From contig CAZYCQ010000037.1 of the NCBI GenBank assembly GCA_964645535.1, positions 1 to 31,859 of the forward strand: DNA of 31,859 nt, in the 5' to 3' direction. Source of the stretch: an uncultured archaeon (GTDB lineage Archaea; Asgardarchaeota; Heimdallarchaeia; Heimdallarchaeales; Kariarchaeaceae). A program made the position numbers and the translations under genes. How positions within the stretch are numbered: the stretch's first letter is position 1; every line of letters starts with the position of its first letter. Shown piece after piece: positions 1-9,253 of this stretch. The notes below the pieces were generated by a model that saw only the letters and a list, made by a program, of their open reading frames with translations, was not told where the DNA came from and did not search any database.

Positions 1-1
1 A

Positions 2-1012
2 TCTTATCTGATCTTTTTGGTTCTTATCTTTCTGGTTGTTTCTCCATCTTCAGCTACTATTCTCCCTAATTTACAAATTAAGATTGATTACAAGGTTGGC
101 ATTTTTGTGTCTAAGGATTTACTCGGTCCAAAAATTTCAGCTAATATTTTCAAAAAGTATCTTGGATCTGCAACAATTATTGAATTCAACGATCTGCCGA
201 CTGCTTTGAATTCAAAATTACCGTTATTTATCTTTTCACATGGAAATTCCGAAGGATTGCTGATTGATGGTACAGAATTATCTTATTCAAAACTTAGTTC
301 TATGGTTCCTACTTTTCGGAAAAATAAAATTTTCCTAATTGCGTGTCAAAGCGCTAACATTAAGGCTATTGATACAAAAGACTTATTTGATGGTTTCACT
401 GATAAAATCGATGCTACTGTTGCAGGATTGGTTGCAAGTTTAATTGTTGCAGAAAAGATCGGTATTTTCTGGGATGTTTTTCAAATTATCAAAAGGTTAG
501 GTGAAAGAGTTACTGAATTGATCAACGGGGATGTCCCGATTCTATTGGAAAACACTGAATCAGGATATGAAATTGCAGTTAAAAGAGAACATATAGAAAA
601 GAAAAAATGGGGAACCCCTTACTATGTTGAAAATGTTTTGTGGTTTAATTTGGATAAAACAAATTGTGATTTATATTTCGGCTTGACCTCAACATTAAGT
701 GGGATCACGTCACTTGTTTCCTCTATTGCCGCTTTAGGTGGTTCTTCAGTTGGCATTATTTCTGTTATTGCGGCAGTTCTTTTTCTCTATGCAAAAACTG
801 TTCACTTAACTAGCAGTCAAAGAGATTTAAAAGATTGTATGGCTGGAGTAGGCGGACAATTAATTCCTGGTGGTGTGTCCTTCTGGTATGATTTTGGCAA
901 TGATGGCGGTTTGAATGGTAAATTCTTTTATACAACTGCATATGGCTTGGGTCCTTTAATCTACAACAAATTGAAGGAAATCCCCGAAGTTTGGGTTCCT
1001 GTACACGCCTAA
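2..1012 (+). CDS. 5'-truncated exported protein with caspase/CHAT-like (clan CD) His-Cys protease domain and hydrophobic Gly/Ser-rich C-terminal domain
   Basis: The frame is open from position 2 (SYLIFLVLIFLVVSPSSA, signal-peptide-like), so the true start probably lies left of the window. Motifs LFIFSHG (His ~239) and IFLIACQS (Cys ~344). Hydrophobic segment GITSLVSSIAALGGSSVGIISVIAAVLFLYA. Confidence 0.6.
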   Translation, partial: SYLIFLVLIFLVVSPSSATILPNLQIKIDYKVGIFVSKDLLGPKISANIFKKYLGSATIIEFNDLPTALNSKLPLFIFSHGNSEGLLIDGTELSYSKLSSMVPTFRKNKIFLIACQSANIKAIDTKDLFDGFTDKIDATVAGLVASLIVAEKIGIFWDVFQIIKRLGERVTELINGDVPILLENTESGYEIAVKREHIEKKKWGTPYYVENVLWFNLDKTNCDLYFGLTSTLSGITSLVSSIAALGGSSVGIISVIAAVLFLYAKTVHLTSSQRDLKDCMAGVGGQLIPGGVSFWYDFGNDGGLNGKFFYTTAYGLGPLIYNKLKEIPEVWVPVHA

Positions 1013-1022
1013 GTGAGTCGTA

Positions 1023-2021
1023 ATGAAACGGAGTCAATTTTTAATCGGTATTGGTGGCATTTTTGTTTTAATCAGCATTTCAATGGATCTAGGACTGATT
1101 CCAATCTTTTTTTTGAAACCTAGTTCATTGTCTATCATATCATTTGTATTTGGCATAATAGGCGCAATCTTGTTGGTTGTTGGGAATTTTTTCATTGTTT
1201 TTGAATATCCGAATGAGGGTCATTTGATGTCTTTTGATCCTGATGAAGTTTCTCAAACAATCTTTTTTGGGACACTCTCTACAACCATCAAAAACATTGT
1301 AATCCATCCAGTTATTTATTTTGAACTGATTTTTGCCTTATTGGGTTATTTTGGAATTTTAGGTATTGGAAGCTCTTCCAATCACTCCTTTGGTGTTCGG
1401 TATTTCAATAAGATATTTCCCAAGGCATTCCTTTCATTCTTATACTTGATTAACATGGTCTTATATTCTGTAATTAGTCTAATTTCTATTTTTCTGTTGA
1501 CAAGATGGCTGTATGGCTATTTCCTGCGCATCAATGGAATTTCAAAAATTGAACGAAAACACCAGGTTCGTTTGTTTGAACGAAGAATGGGATTACTGCT
1601 GGAACTTTATGCTGTTCAATATTTGGTTGCTATTTTCTCTGATATTCTGTCGTTCTTGATCTTGAATAGCCAAGACTTGTCTATTCTTGAATTTAGAAAT
1701 TCCCTATTCATTTCGTCGATTTTTGTTTTTTGCTTCTTTTTCGTCTCAGTCTTGCACGATAAGCTCTTTATTGATTTATGTTTCTTATTCTCGCTTTCCC
1801 CTCAGCATTTTTCCTTCTGGAACGGCTTATCTTCTATTGGCACAAATTTTAAGATAAACCTCATATTTGCTGTTATTCGTTCCGGAATTATAACTATTAT
1901 TTGGTTTATTTCTTCGGTTATGTTTCCCGGGATTCTAATAGAATTACTCTTTCTGAGTAGTTTCTTAACCTCCATTCTAAACGTAATTGTTATTTCAAAA
2001 TGGAACCGGTTTCGGTTGTAG
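1023..2021 (+). CDS. Multipass integral membrane protein, unknown function
   Basis: 332-aa ORF with about 8-9 hydrophobic stretches, 10 bp after the upstream gene, sharing its AT-rich composition. Confidence 0.7.
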   Translation: MKRSQFLIGIGGIFVLISISMDLGLIPIFFLKPSSLSIISFVFGIIGAILLVVGNFFIVFEYPNEGHLMSFDPDEVSQTIFFGTLSTTIKNIVIHPVIYFELIFALLGYFGILGIGSSSNHSFGVRYFNKIFPKAFLSFLYLINMVLYSVISLISIFLLTRWLYGYFLRINGISKIERKHQVRLFERRMGLLLELYAVQYLVAIFSDILSFLILNSQDLSILEFRNSLFISSIFVFCFFFVSVLHDKLFIDLCFLFSLSPQHFSFWNGLSSIGTNFKINLIFAVIRSGIITIIWFISSVMFPGILIELLFLSSFLTSILNVIVISKWNRFRL

Positions 2022-2072
2022 ACATATTCATCAGACAATATTCTTATGCTTTCATTTCTACATGAATGACTG

Positions 2073-2137
2073 AAATAATCTGATTATTTAGATTACTCTC
2101 TACATATTATCCCAATACATATGCTTGCAGTACATAT
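2073..2137. promoter_or_regulatory. Intergenic palindrome plus 15-bp-period direct repeats (candidate binding sites)
   Basis: AAATAATC-T-GATTATTT perfect inverted repeat at 2073-2089. TACATAT at 2101, 2116 and 2131. Confidence 0.3.
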
Positions 2138-2257
2138 TTTCATGATGTTTTCTCTTTTGGCAACTGAGTAGAAATAGCTTGACAGTTCTGAACCTGTTGC
2201 TAACCGCATGGATGGACTTCTTTCCACTTCTTCTATCAACTCAAGATTTTTCTATGT

Positions 2258-4219
2258 TTGACCGAATTGTATCTCATGGAGCAACAACGGGTTCTTCGCA
2301 TCCCTTCTCCGATTATTCTTGAAAATGGTCGGGGTAAGCTTGTAATCTTGCCATCGGTTCATAATTCCCTGCTTTTTTCCCAATCCGTTGTTGCCTTGTT
2401 TGAAACGTACAATTTTACGAAGGTTTTGGTGGAGTTTCCTTCGGAATTGGAAAGTATTTATCGGTTTTCCTTGCGCAGATTTCCTGTGCCTACTGTCATC
2501 CATCCTTCATTTCAGGAAACACTTCCTCTTCCCCTTACAGTTCCAACCTATATTGTACATCCTGGAGATTCCATCCATATGGCTTCCCATTTGGCAATTC
2601 GTTCTAAAGTCCCGTTTTTTGCCATAGATACCTTGGTTGATGTCCCTGAAACGTTGTCCTTACGTTTTGATCCTGCAATGGTTCCCTTTATGAATTGGGT
2701 GGATTTTTACGGCAAATTGGATATTGATCTGCATCTCACCTCAATCCATGCATTACGCTCCCATATCATGGCGGAACGGATCTTGGAGCGTTTCATTCAG
2801 GATGATGAAATTCTTGTGGTTGTTGGGCTGATGCATGTGCCAATATTGATTCATGTTCTCAGATCCAAATTTCCTGACCTGAGGGGGATGAATTTGCCTC
2901 AATCAATTGAGAAGAAGCTTTCCTCATATATTCCGTCCTCGTCAGAAAGCAAAACTTTGGATCCCACGGAATTCATTGCCTCTGACATCCATCCTCATAG
3001 CTTCTACCTTGTTTCGGGTGATTTTCCATTTCTTGTGGGTCGTTTGATGAAATTTGTGGAGGGGGAGCTCCCTTCATTCGACCTTCTTGAATCCTTGCAT
3101 GAAATGTTGCTTCTTGCAGAAACTGTCTATCGTGAACAGTTTGAGGATACGATTTCTCCAGCTACCTACAAACGGATGTTCCAATTTATGAAGAACTTGT
3201 CTTGGCTTGACGGTGAACTACTTCCTTCTCTAAATACGGTGATCATGGCGGCAAAGGGGATGGTTGATGATGATTATGCCTTTGAGGTATTTAGGACATT
3301 GGTTTCTTATCCTTACTTTCCTAAGGAAGATGAGGGATTACCCCTGCAATTAAGGGTTGTTCCCGATAAAGATGCCATGCAATTGCTTTCCATTGCCTTC
3401 AAAAGAAGAATGAAACGACCCGTCCTCAAACGGATCAAAAATTTCGAGAAGTTTCTTGAAAGCCGTAATTTTGATGATCTCGATCCAATCCCGGAAGAAG
3501 AATATCCTGGTCATTGGCGAGACATCTGGGATCAACTCTCCCCATATTCCACTGTTTCTTATCCTCCTGAGGATGAATTCATAGAGGCATATTTCATGCA
3601 TCTCCGAAAACAAGGTGAACGAATCCTGCAAGAGGAAAAAGCAAGGGTGGAAGAATTCAGGGTGAGTATGGAGGATGGCATTGCTTGGAGAGAAACCATC
3701 CGTAATTTTCATGAAAAAAAGATCTACATCAAGAAGGTTCCAAAACTAAAAGAGGAGATTGGTGCCCTGATTGTTCAATTCGTAGTGGAACAGGATGAGG
3801 AGTACGATCACCACTCCGTTCTTTATGCAGAACATGACAAGGAAAGTGACATCTCGATTGTTTCAACAAGCCCTGGCGACATCATAGTCGGTCCTGGTAT
3901 TACAAGAATCAAATTGGCGGCTGTTGTCTCGGTCTTTCCTCCTCAAGGTTATGGTGTCCGTGTCCCTTATGGAGATCGTGATTTGACTGCTCGGTTACTT
4001 TTCACCGCAATGAGTATGGCAACCTCAAAAATTATTCTGTTGGTCTCTCCCCATCCTCCAAAGGCACACCATAAACAGTTTGTAGAAAGTGAAGGCTTTC
4101 GCCTTATCTACTTGCCAATGGCTAACCTTTCAAAGGCAACCCTCCATCGCCTCAGAATTTTCCATCTCTTGGCTCATCCTGACCTGAGGGATATTGCTCG
4201 AGAATACATCGGTTATTGA
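2258..4219 (+). CDS. Conserved hypothetical protein, N-terminal TraB/TIKI/ChaN-like fold suspected
   Basis: 653-aa ORF, ATG at 2276 is a plausible start. Motifs ILPSVH, VLVEFP, RSHIMA and LVVVGLMH resemble the TraB/ChaN/EreA metal-binding pattern. C-terminal segment EDGIAWRETIRN. Confidence 0.6.
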   Translation: MTELYLMEQQRVLRIPSPIILENGRGKLVILPSVHNSLLFSQSVVALFETYNFTKVLVEFPSELESIYRFSLRRFPVPTVIHPSFQETLPLPLTVPTYIVHPGDSIHMASHLAIRSKVPFFAIDTLVDVPETLSLRFDPAMVPFMNWVDFYGKLDIDLHLTSIHALRSHIMAERILERFIQDDEILVVVGLMHVPILIHVLRSKFPDLRGMNLPQSIEKKLSSYIPSSSESKTLDPTEFIASDIHPHSFYLVSGDFPFLVGRLMKFVEGELPSFDLLESLHEMLLLAETVYREQFEDTISPATYKRMFQFMKNLSWLDGELLPSLNTVIMAAKGMVDDDYAFEVFRTLVSYPYFPKEDEGLPLQLRVVPDKDAMQLLSIAFKRRMKRPVLKRIKNFEKFLESRNFDDLDPIPEEEYPGHWRDIWDQLSPYSTVSYPPEDEFIEAYFMHLRKQGERILQEEKARVEEFRVSMEDGIAWRETIRNFHEKKIYIKKVPKLKEEIGALIVQFVVEQDEEYDHHSVLYAEHDKESDISIVSTSPGDIIVGPGITRIKLAAVVSVFPPQGYGVRVPYGDRDLTARLLFTAMSMATSKIILLVSPHPPKAHHKQFVESEGFRLIYLPMANLSKATLHRLRIFHLLAHPDLRDIAREYIGY

Positions 4220-5260
4220 TCATGAATAGATAGCAAAGATGGTAAGCAATGTGAAAAACACTGTCAAGAAAGTTGCGAATGCAAATGGAAATGATACTGA
4301 ACGTCTGTCCCTGAAATAGTGGATCCCGAAATTCAAGAGAATGAGGGGTATGCCAATGAGAACCTTCAAGATGTTCTCAATGTCAAGAAACATGAAGAGG
4401 ATTATTGCGGCAAAGACACCCCATTGAATGATCTTGAGCTTGCTAAATTTCGGAAATTCTGGCTTGAGAGGTGCTAAGCCAATCATATGGTCTCTAAGAA
4501 ATATGATTATTTCAACCAAAATCCAATTTATGTACCAAAATTCCATCAGATTTTGGAATTCGATACTACCCCATGGACGATAGACATGAATAGCAGACCA
4601 ATTCATTGTTATGGCCATCCCTAACATCATCAATCTGAATGCATCACGGAGCTTGACTGTCGTACTATACCGAAAACCGGTTCTGCCAGTAATTCCCGAA
4701 TATAATTCTACTGCGATAAAAGCAATGAGGGATAGAACCGGTGGTGAGATGTCATTATATGATCTCCCCAAAAGAGGTGCTGTATTAAGAACTGCGATGA
4801 AAAGGAGAAATAGGGGGAGGAGGAAAAATCCCTGTTCCGTATTTGTAATGATAAATTCCTTTATGGTGAGATTTTCATCAAGCTTTCTTCTTGGTAAATG
4901 CCTTGCGTTAGGATCTATATGGATGCCATTCCTGCCTCTTGTGGGTTTTTTGGTTGAAATGGTGGTCTGCTCCATATTATTTTCTTGCAGTTTTGTGTCT
5001 CCTCCATAATTGGTGGCGATCTCTACAGGTGTTCCAAATTTCGCCAATACGTTCTCTATTTCGTCAATTGTGATTTTTGTAGTTTTTCCGAGCTGTTTAA
5101 GCTCTTCCAACAATGCGTCTTCAATTTCATAAGTGATGGAGAATGCCTCTTTTACTCCTCTTTTAGCCAACTCAAAGTTGACCTCTTCAAGAAATTGAAA
5201 TAACCGTTCTGAGGCATCTCCCGAAATCGGTATGTTTGTTTGTTCAAGTTTGTTCTGTAT
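4220..5260 (-). CDS. Membrane protein with N-terminal HAAS-type domain (PadR-associated), probable ATA start at 5260
   Basis: FGTPVEIA motif followed by about 6-7 TM segments, directly downstream of padR. The ORF track starts at TTG 5170 but the frame stays open to 5275, and AGGAGG precedes ATA at 5260. Confidence 0.7.
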   Translation of the reverse strand: MQNKLEQTNIPISGDASERLFQFLEEVNFELAKRGVKEAFSITYEIEDALLEELKQLGKTTKITIDEIENVLAKFGTPVEIATNYGGDTKLQENNMEQTTISTKKPTRGRNGIHIDPNARHLPRRKLDENLTIKEFIITNTEQGFFLLPLFLLFIAVLNTAPLLGRSYNDISPPVLSLIAFIAVELYSGITGRTGFRYSTTVKLRDAFRLMMLGMAITMNWSAIHVYRPWGSIEFQNLMEFWYINWILVEIIIFLRDHMIGLAPLKPEFPKFSKLKIIQWGVFAAIILFMFLDIENILKVLIGIPLILLNFGIHYFRDRRSVSFPFAFATFLTVFFTLLTIFAIYS

Positions 5261-5261
5261 C

Positions 5262-5627
5262 TTAATCTCCTCCTGTCAAGGTTGATTTGAAAGATTTAAG
5301 GAGTTCATCTGCCTCCTTTTGCATACGTTCCATTGCCTCCCACCCGTTTTTTGTGGGGATGATGACTTTTCTGACACGATTGTTCTGTATCTCTCCTTCG
5401 ATTCGAATGAGACCTGCCTGCTCCAATCGATTGATTGTGGAATATATGGTTGGTAAAGGGGGAGCGGAGGTCCATTTTCCTTCAAGATACTTATGGATTG
5501 AATAGGCATGTTGTTTTGTTGGTGCAAAGGCGGCAATATAGAGGATGGCCAAGTCAAGAAAGGTTCCTTTGAGTCTTCCATTCCATTGATCCAAATAATT
5601 TGCAAGTGCGTCATCTGGCTCATCCAC
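5262..5627 (-). CDS. PadR-family transcriptional regulator
   Basis: KGTFLDLAIL...HAYSI...PTIYSTINRLEQAGLI...RKVIIPTKNG, the PadR wHTH pattern. Confidence 0.85.
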   Translation of the reverse strand: MDEPDDALANYLDQWNGRLKGTFLDLAILYIAAFAPTKQHAYSIHKYLEGKWTSAPPLPTIYSTINRLEQAGLIRIEGEIQNNRVRKVIIPTKNGWEAMERMQKEADELLKSFKSTLTGGD

Positions 5628-5757
5628 ATCTAATGGTGATGTTCCCTGTATTAAAATATTGTGAATTTCATAATATTATATGTCTCGAAATTCTCAAATT
5701 TTTCACCACATGCATGTTCCCAAAATGCTAAATAAGTGAGACCCCTACAAGATTTGT

Positions 5758-7008
5758 TTGAATCGGGAAAAGGCTGTTCTCATCTCCCATCTTCCCAAGC
5801 ATGGTCTTCCAGAGGATCCTGAAATTCATGATCTGGCTGTTGCCGCAAACTACGAAATTGTGCATGAATTCAAGTATCGTGGTTCAAAGATCGATCGGAT
5901 GAATTTTTTGCCCCAGTCTTGGTTGGAAGATCTGCAATTTGAGCTTGAGGAAAAGCAATATGACTTAATCATTGTGAACAAAAGTCTAAGTCCAATGCAG
6001 GTGTCCAATCTGGAAACTCATTTTGAAAGAAGAGTTTTAGACAAAATCATGTTGGTGCTTGAAATCTTTGACAAGAAAGCAAGTACGAAAGAAGTCAAGC
6101 TCCAGATTGAATTGGCTAATCTTCTATACACTTATCCAAGAGCTCAATCCTCACTTCAACGCAACCTCATGTCAGAGAGGCAGGCAAGGATGATGGGAAG
6201 GGGAGAACAGCTGAAGGACATTGTTGAATCAAATGTTCGGCATCGGGTTGCCAAACTTCGGAAAAAAATCGAGGAGCTGGAACGCCAAGGTCTTTCACGA
6301 AAGGAAGGGGAAGCCGTCAAAATTCCCATTGTCGGTTTTTATTCTGCAGGTAAGTCAACCCTGTTCAATATTCTTGTGGGAGAGGACATTCAGGATGTTC
6401 ACCATGAAGCATTCACCACTATGTTTGCAAAGACCAGCCGAACGAAGATTTTTGGTTATCCGGTTGACCTTCTTGACACTGTCGGTTTGGTTGATCTTCC
6501 TCGGAATGTATTGAATGCCTTCAATCAGATGCTCAAACCAATCATGACTGCAAGGGTTATTGTGATCGTTTTTGATTCAAGCCTAGATCTTTCAATTTTC
6601 GAAGATCAACTCAAATATGTCCGAAGAATCTTTACGACCTCTGAAGAAACAGTTCCCAGGAAGTTTTTGGTAATATTGTCGAAAGTGGACCTTGCCTCAA
6701 AAGTACAGATTGAGGAAAAAAGACGAATACTTTCTGAAGAGGAATGGTTGGGAGGATCAGAAACACGTATTATGAAAACAAGAATGGATGATCCTGATTG
6801 CATCCGATCAAAATTTGTGGAGAATTTTGAATTCTTGATGAGTGATGAAATTATTGAATTCTCATTTGTTGGGGTTCATCCAAGAAACTTGACAAAATTC
6901 TATGATTGGTGCAGGGTAGATGATGTCCAATGGCACGATGACGGAACTTGCACAGTAAAAGGAAAGACAACACGTGATTGGTTTATCAAGTTAAACAGGC
7001 TCGATTGA
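5758..7008 (+). CDS. hflX: HflX-family ribosome-associated GTPase
   Basis: N-terminal LSPMQVSNLE, VLDKIMLVLEIF, EVKLQIELA. G1 GFYSAGKST, G2 FTT, G3 DTVG, G4 SKVD. Confidence 0.88.
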   Translation: MNREKAVLISHLPKHGLPEDPEIHDLAVAANYEIVHEFKYRGSKIDRMNFLPQSWLEDLQFELEEKQYDLIIVNKSLSPMQVSNLETHFERRVLDKIMLVLEIFDKKASTKEVKLQIELANLLYTYPRAQSSLQRNLMSERQARMMGRGEQLKDIVESNVRHRVAKLRKKIEELERQGLSRKEGEAVKIPIVGFYSAGKSTLFNILVGEDIQDVHHEAFTTMFAKTSRTKIFGYPVDLLDTVGLVDLPRNVLNAFNQMLKPIMTARVIVIVFDSSLDLSIFEDQLKYVRRIFTTSEETVPRKFLVILSKVDLASKVQIEEKRRILSEEEWLGGSETRIMKTRMDDPDCIRSKFVENFEFLMSDEIIEFSFVGVHPRNLTKFYDWCRVDDVQWHDDGTCTVKGKTTRDWFIKLNRLD

Positions 7009-7048
7009 ATGGAAGTAATAATAAACGATAGGGTCAGAAGTACCTCAA

Positions 7049-8419
7049 ATGAAAACAATTGGTATCGTGGGATTGGGGACCATGGGATATAATTTAGGTT
7101 TGAACCTCAAGGAAAAGGGTTTCAAACCTGTTGGTCATGACAAGGATGAAAACAAGGTGAAGATGGCTGCCGAGCATGGCATTCCTTCTTTCATTGATTT
7201 GCGAAAGATGATTGCAGAACTAGAATTCCCACGTGTAATCATTGTCCTTGTTCCTGCATCCTATGTTGACTTGGTTCTCCATGAGCTCCAAGGGATCTTA
7301 GAAAAGAATGATATCGTCATAGATGGTGGCAATTCCAACTGGAAAGATACGGAACGTAGGGTAAAGGAATTTAACGGATTCCGGTTCATTGGAATGGGAA
7401 TCTCTGGCGGAGCAGAAGGTGCAAGAACAGGTCCTTCTTTGATGCCTGGAGGTGATGAAGCTACATATGATGTAGTCAGACCCATTCTTGAAGCAATTTC
7501 TGCCAAATTCGAAGACACCCCTTGTTGTGCATGGATGGGACGCGGTGGGGCAGGTCATTTTGTAAAAATGGTTCACAATGGGATTGAATATGCTGATATG
7601 GAATTGATATGCGAAGCATATGATTTTCTCAGAAGGTTTTACGGCAATGATGAAATTGCATCTGTCTTCTCTCGATGGAATCAAGGGATGTTGCAATCGT
7701 TCCTCATGGAAGCATCTTCAGATATTCTCAAAACAACAGAGGGTGGGAGCTTTCTGATTGATGATATCATTGATGAAGCAGGTCAAAAAGGGACTGGAAA
7801 ATGGACCGCTATCAATGCTCTTGAACTTGGAATCCCTCTGAATGTGATCGGTACTTCTGTAAACCAAAGGTTTGTTTCATCATTGCGAAAATTGCGAGAA
7901 GACCTTTCTTCAACCTACATAAAGGCAAAATATGAAATTTCCGACAAAACAATGGTTTCGGATTTGGAGAATGCTCTTCTTTTTGGACGGATTATGGCTT
8001 ATGCAGAAGGTCTCCACCTCCTTTACGAAGCTGAACGTGTTCATGGATGGGGGTTGAAACCAAGGAATGCTGTAAAGGTTTGGCGTGCGGGATGTATTAT
8101 CCGTTCTTATCTTTTAAAACCAATTCTTGACGTCTTGGATAAACCTGGTAGTGTTCATCTTCTTCAATCTTCTGAATTTGCTGAGCTTATCCATAAAACT
8201 CTTCCTTCGGCGAAGCGTATCCTGAAATTGGCTTTGTCAATGAATGTTCCCATGCCTTCTCTTGCTGCTGCAATTGCACAATTTGAATCCCTGACTACCT
8301 TCCGGTTGCCTGCAAATCTAATCCAAGCTCAGCGGGACTATTTCGGTTCCCATGGTTTCAAAAGGTTTTCAGATCCTGATATCGTCTCCCATTGGCAATG
8401 GAAAGGAAAGGAAACTTAA
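7049..8419 (+). CDS. gndA: 6-phosphogluconate dehydrogenase, decarboxylating (long form)
   Basis: GLGTMG, IDGGN, GMGISGGAEGARTGPSLMPGG, GHFVKMVHNGIEY, QKGTGKWT, WRAGCIIRS, ANLIQAQRDYFGSH. Confidence 0.95.
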   Translation: MKTIGIVGLGTMGYNLGLNLKEKGFKPVGHDKDENKVKMAAEHGIPSFIDLRKMIAELEFPRVIIVLVPASYVDLVLHELQGILEKNDIVIDGGNSNWKDTERRVKEFNGFRFIGMGISGGAEGARTGPSLMPGGDEATYDVVRPILEAISAKFEDTPCCAWMGRGGAGHFVKMVHNGIEYADMELICEAYDFLRRFYGNDEIASVFSRWNQGMLQSFLMEASSDILKTTEGGSFLIDDIIDEAGQKGTGKWTAINALELGIPLNVIGTSVNQRFVSSLRKLREDLSSTYIKAKYEISDKTMVSDLENALLFGRIMAYAEGLHLLYEAERVHGWGLKPRNAVKVWRAGCIIRSYLLKPILDVLDKPGSVHLLQSSEFAELIHKTLPSAKRILKLALSMNVPMPSLAAAIAQFESLTTFRLPANLIQAQRDYFGSHGFKRFSDPDIVSHWQWKGKET

Positions 8420-9252
8420 AGACAGCGGAGATTGTCATTAAATTTGTGGATACTGTTGAGATTGATGGAGTTGAACTGATTCTTTCCCATCCGACCGAGA
8501 TTCGATCCAATTGGATAGGGCAGGACATGCTCATGAAACAGTTGCTTGCCGCTTGGTTAACCCTAGATAAAGAAGATATCCCTCTTACTCCTCGTATTAT
8601 TGGTCCTCCTGGTGTGGGAAAGACTACCTTGGCCTATGCTGCCGCCAAAACCATGGGACAGGAAGTGTATTTCTATCAAGCCACTGTCGATACCCGGCCA
8701 GAAGACCTCATTATTTTTCCAGTGATCGGCGATCAACAACAGATCAGGTATGTTGCCTCTCCACTTGTCACCGCCATGATTAGAGGTGGTATTGTCATTC
8801 TTGATGAAGGAAACCGGATGCCTGAAAAAAGTTGGGCATCACTTGCTCCGCTCATGGATCACCGTCGCTATGTTGAAAGTCAGATTGCAGGTATTACTGT
8901 AAAGGCTCATCCGAAATTCAGAATGGTCACCACAATGAATACGGATGCAAGTACGTTTGAACTTCCTGAATACATCTCGTCTCGTCTTCAACCAGTGATT
9001 GAGCTAGACTTTCCCAATGAGAAAGAACTGTTGCGTATCATCAAGTACAATCTTCCTTATGCCCCTGAAGATGTCATTGGGCATGTGATTTCCATCATGA
9101 ATGAAGGACGTGCCGCAGGCAAATTCTACAGCATCCGTGCTGGGATTCAGGTTGTCCAATATGCCTTGCGTTTACAGAAAGTACTTGATCTCCCCATACA
9201 TACCTGTGTTGCTCATGCAGTTGAGCAGGTTTTCGGTGATCCTGACTATTAG
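8392..9252 (+). CDS. MoxR/AAA_5-type AAA+ ATPase
   Basis: Walker A GPPGVGKT, Walker B ILDEGNR, sensor TMN, SRL arginine finger. Start uncertain (8392, 8398 or GTG 8446). Confidence 0.88.
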   Translation: MAMERKGNLKTAEIVIKFVDTVEIDGVELILSHPTEIRSNWIGQDMLMKQLLAAWLTLDKEDIPLTPRIIGPPGVGKTTLAYAAAKTMGQEVYFYQATVDTRPEDLIIFPVIGDQQQIRYVASPLVTAMIRGGIVILDEGNRMPEKSWASLAPLMDHRRYVESQIAGITVKAHPKFRMVTTMNTDASTFELPEYISSRLQPVIELDFPNEKELLRIIKYNLPYAPEDVIGHVISIMNEGRAAGKFYSIRAGIQVVQYALRLQKVLDLPIHTCVAHAVEQVFGDPDY

Positions 9253-9253
9253 T

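Noticed and set aside
5276-5629. 117-aa ORF overlapping padR, in frame with the HAAS gene across a single TGA (possible readthrough or Sec)
   Set aside because: The sequence is not protein-like and the padR frame explains the region. The SD plus ATA start explains the HAAS gene more simply.
5661-5680. ATAATATTAT palindrome as a PadR operator
   Set aside because: It is purely A/T within a divergent promoter and cannot be distinguished from TATA elements or chance.
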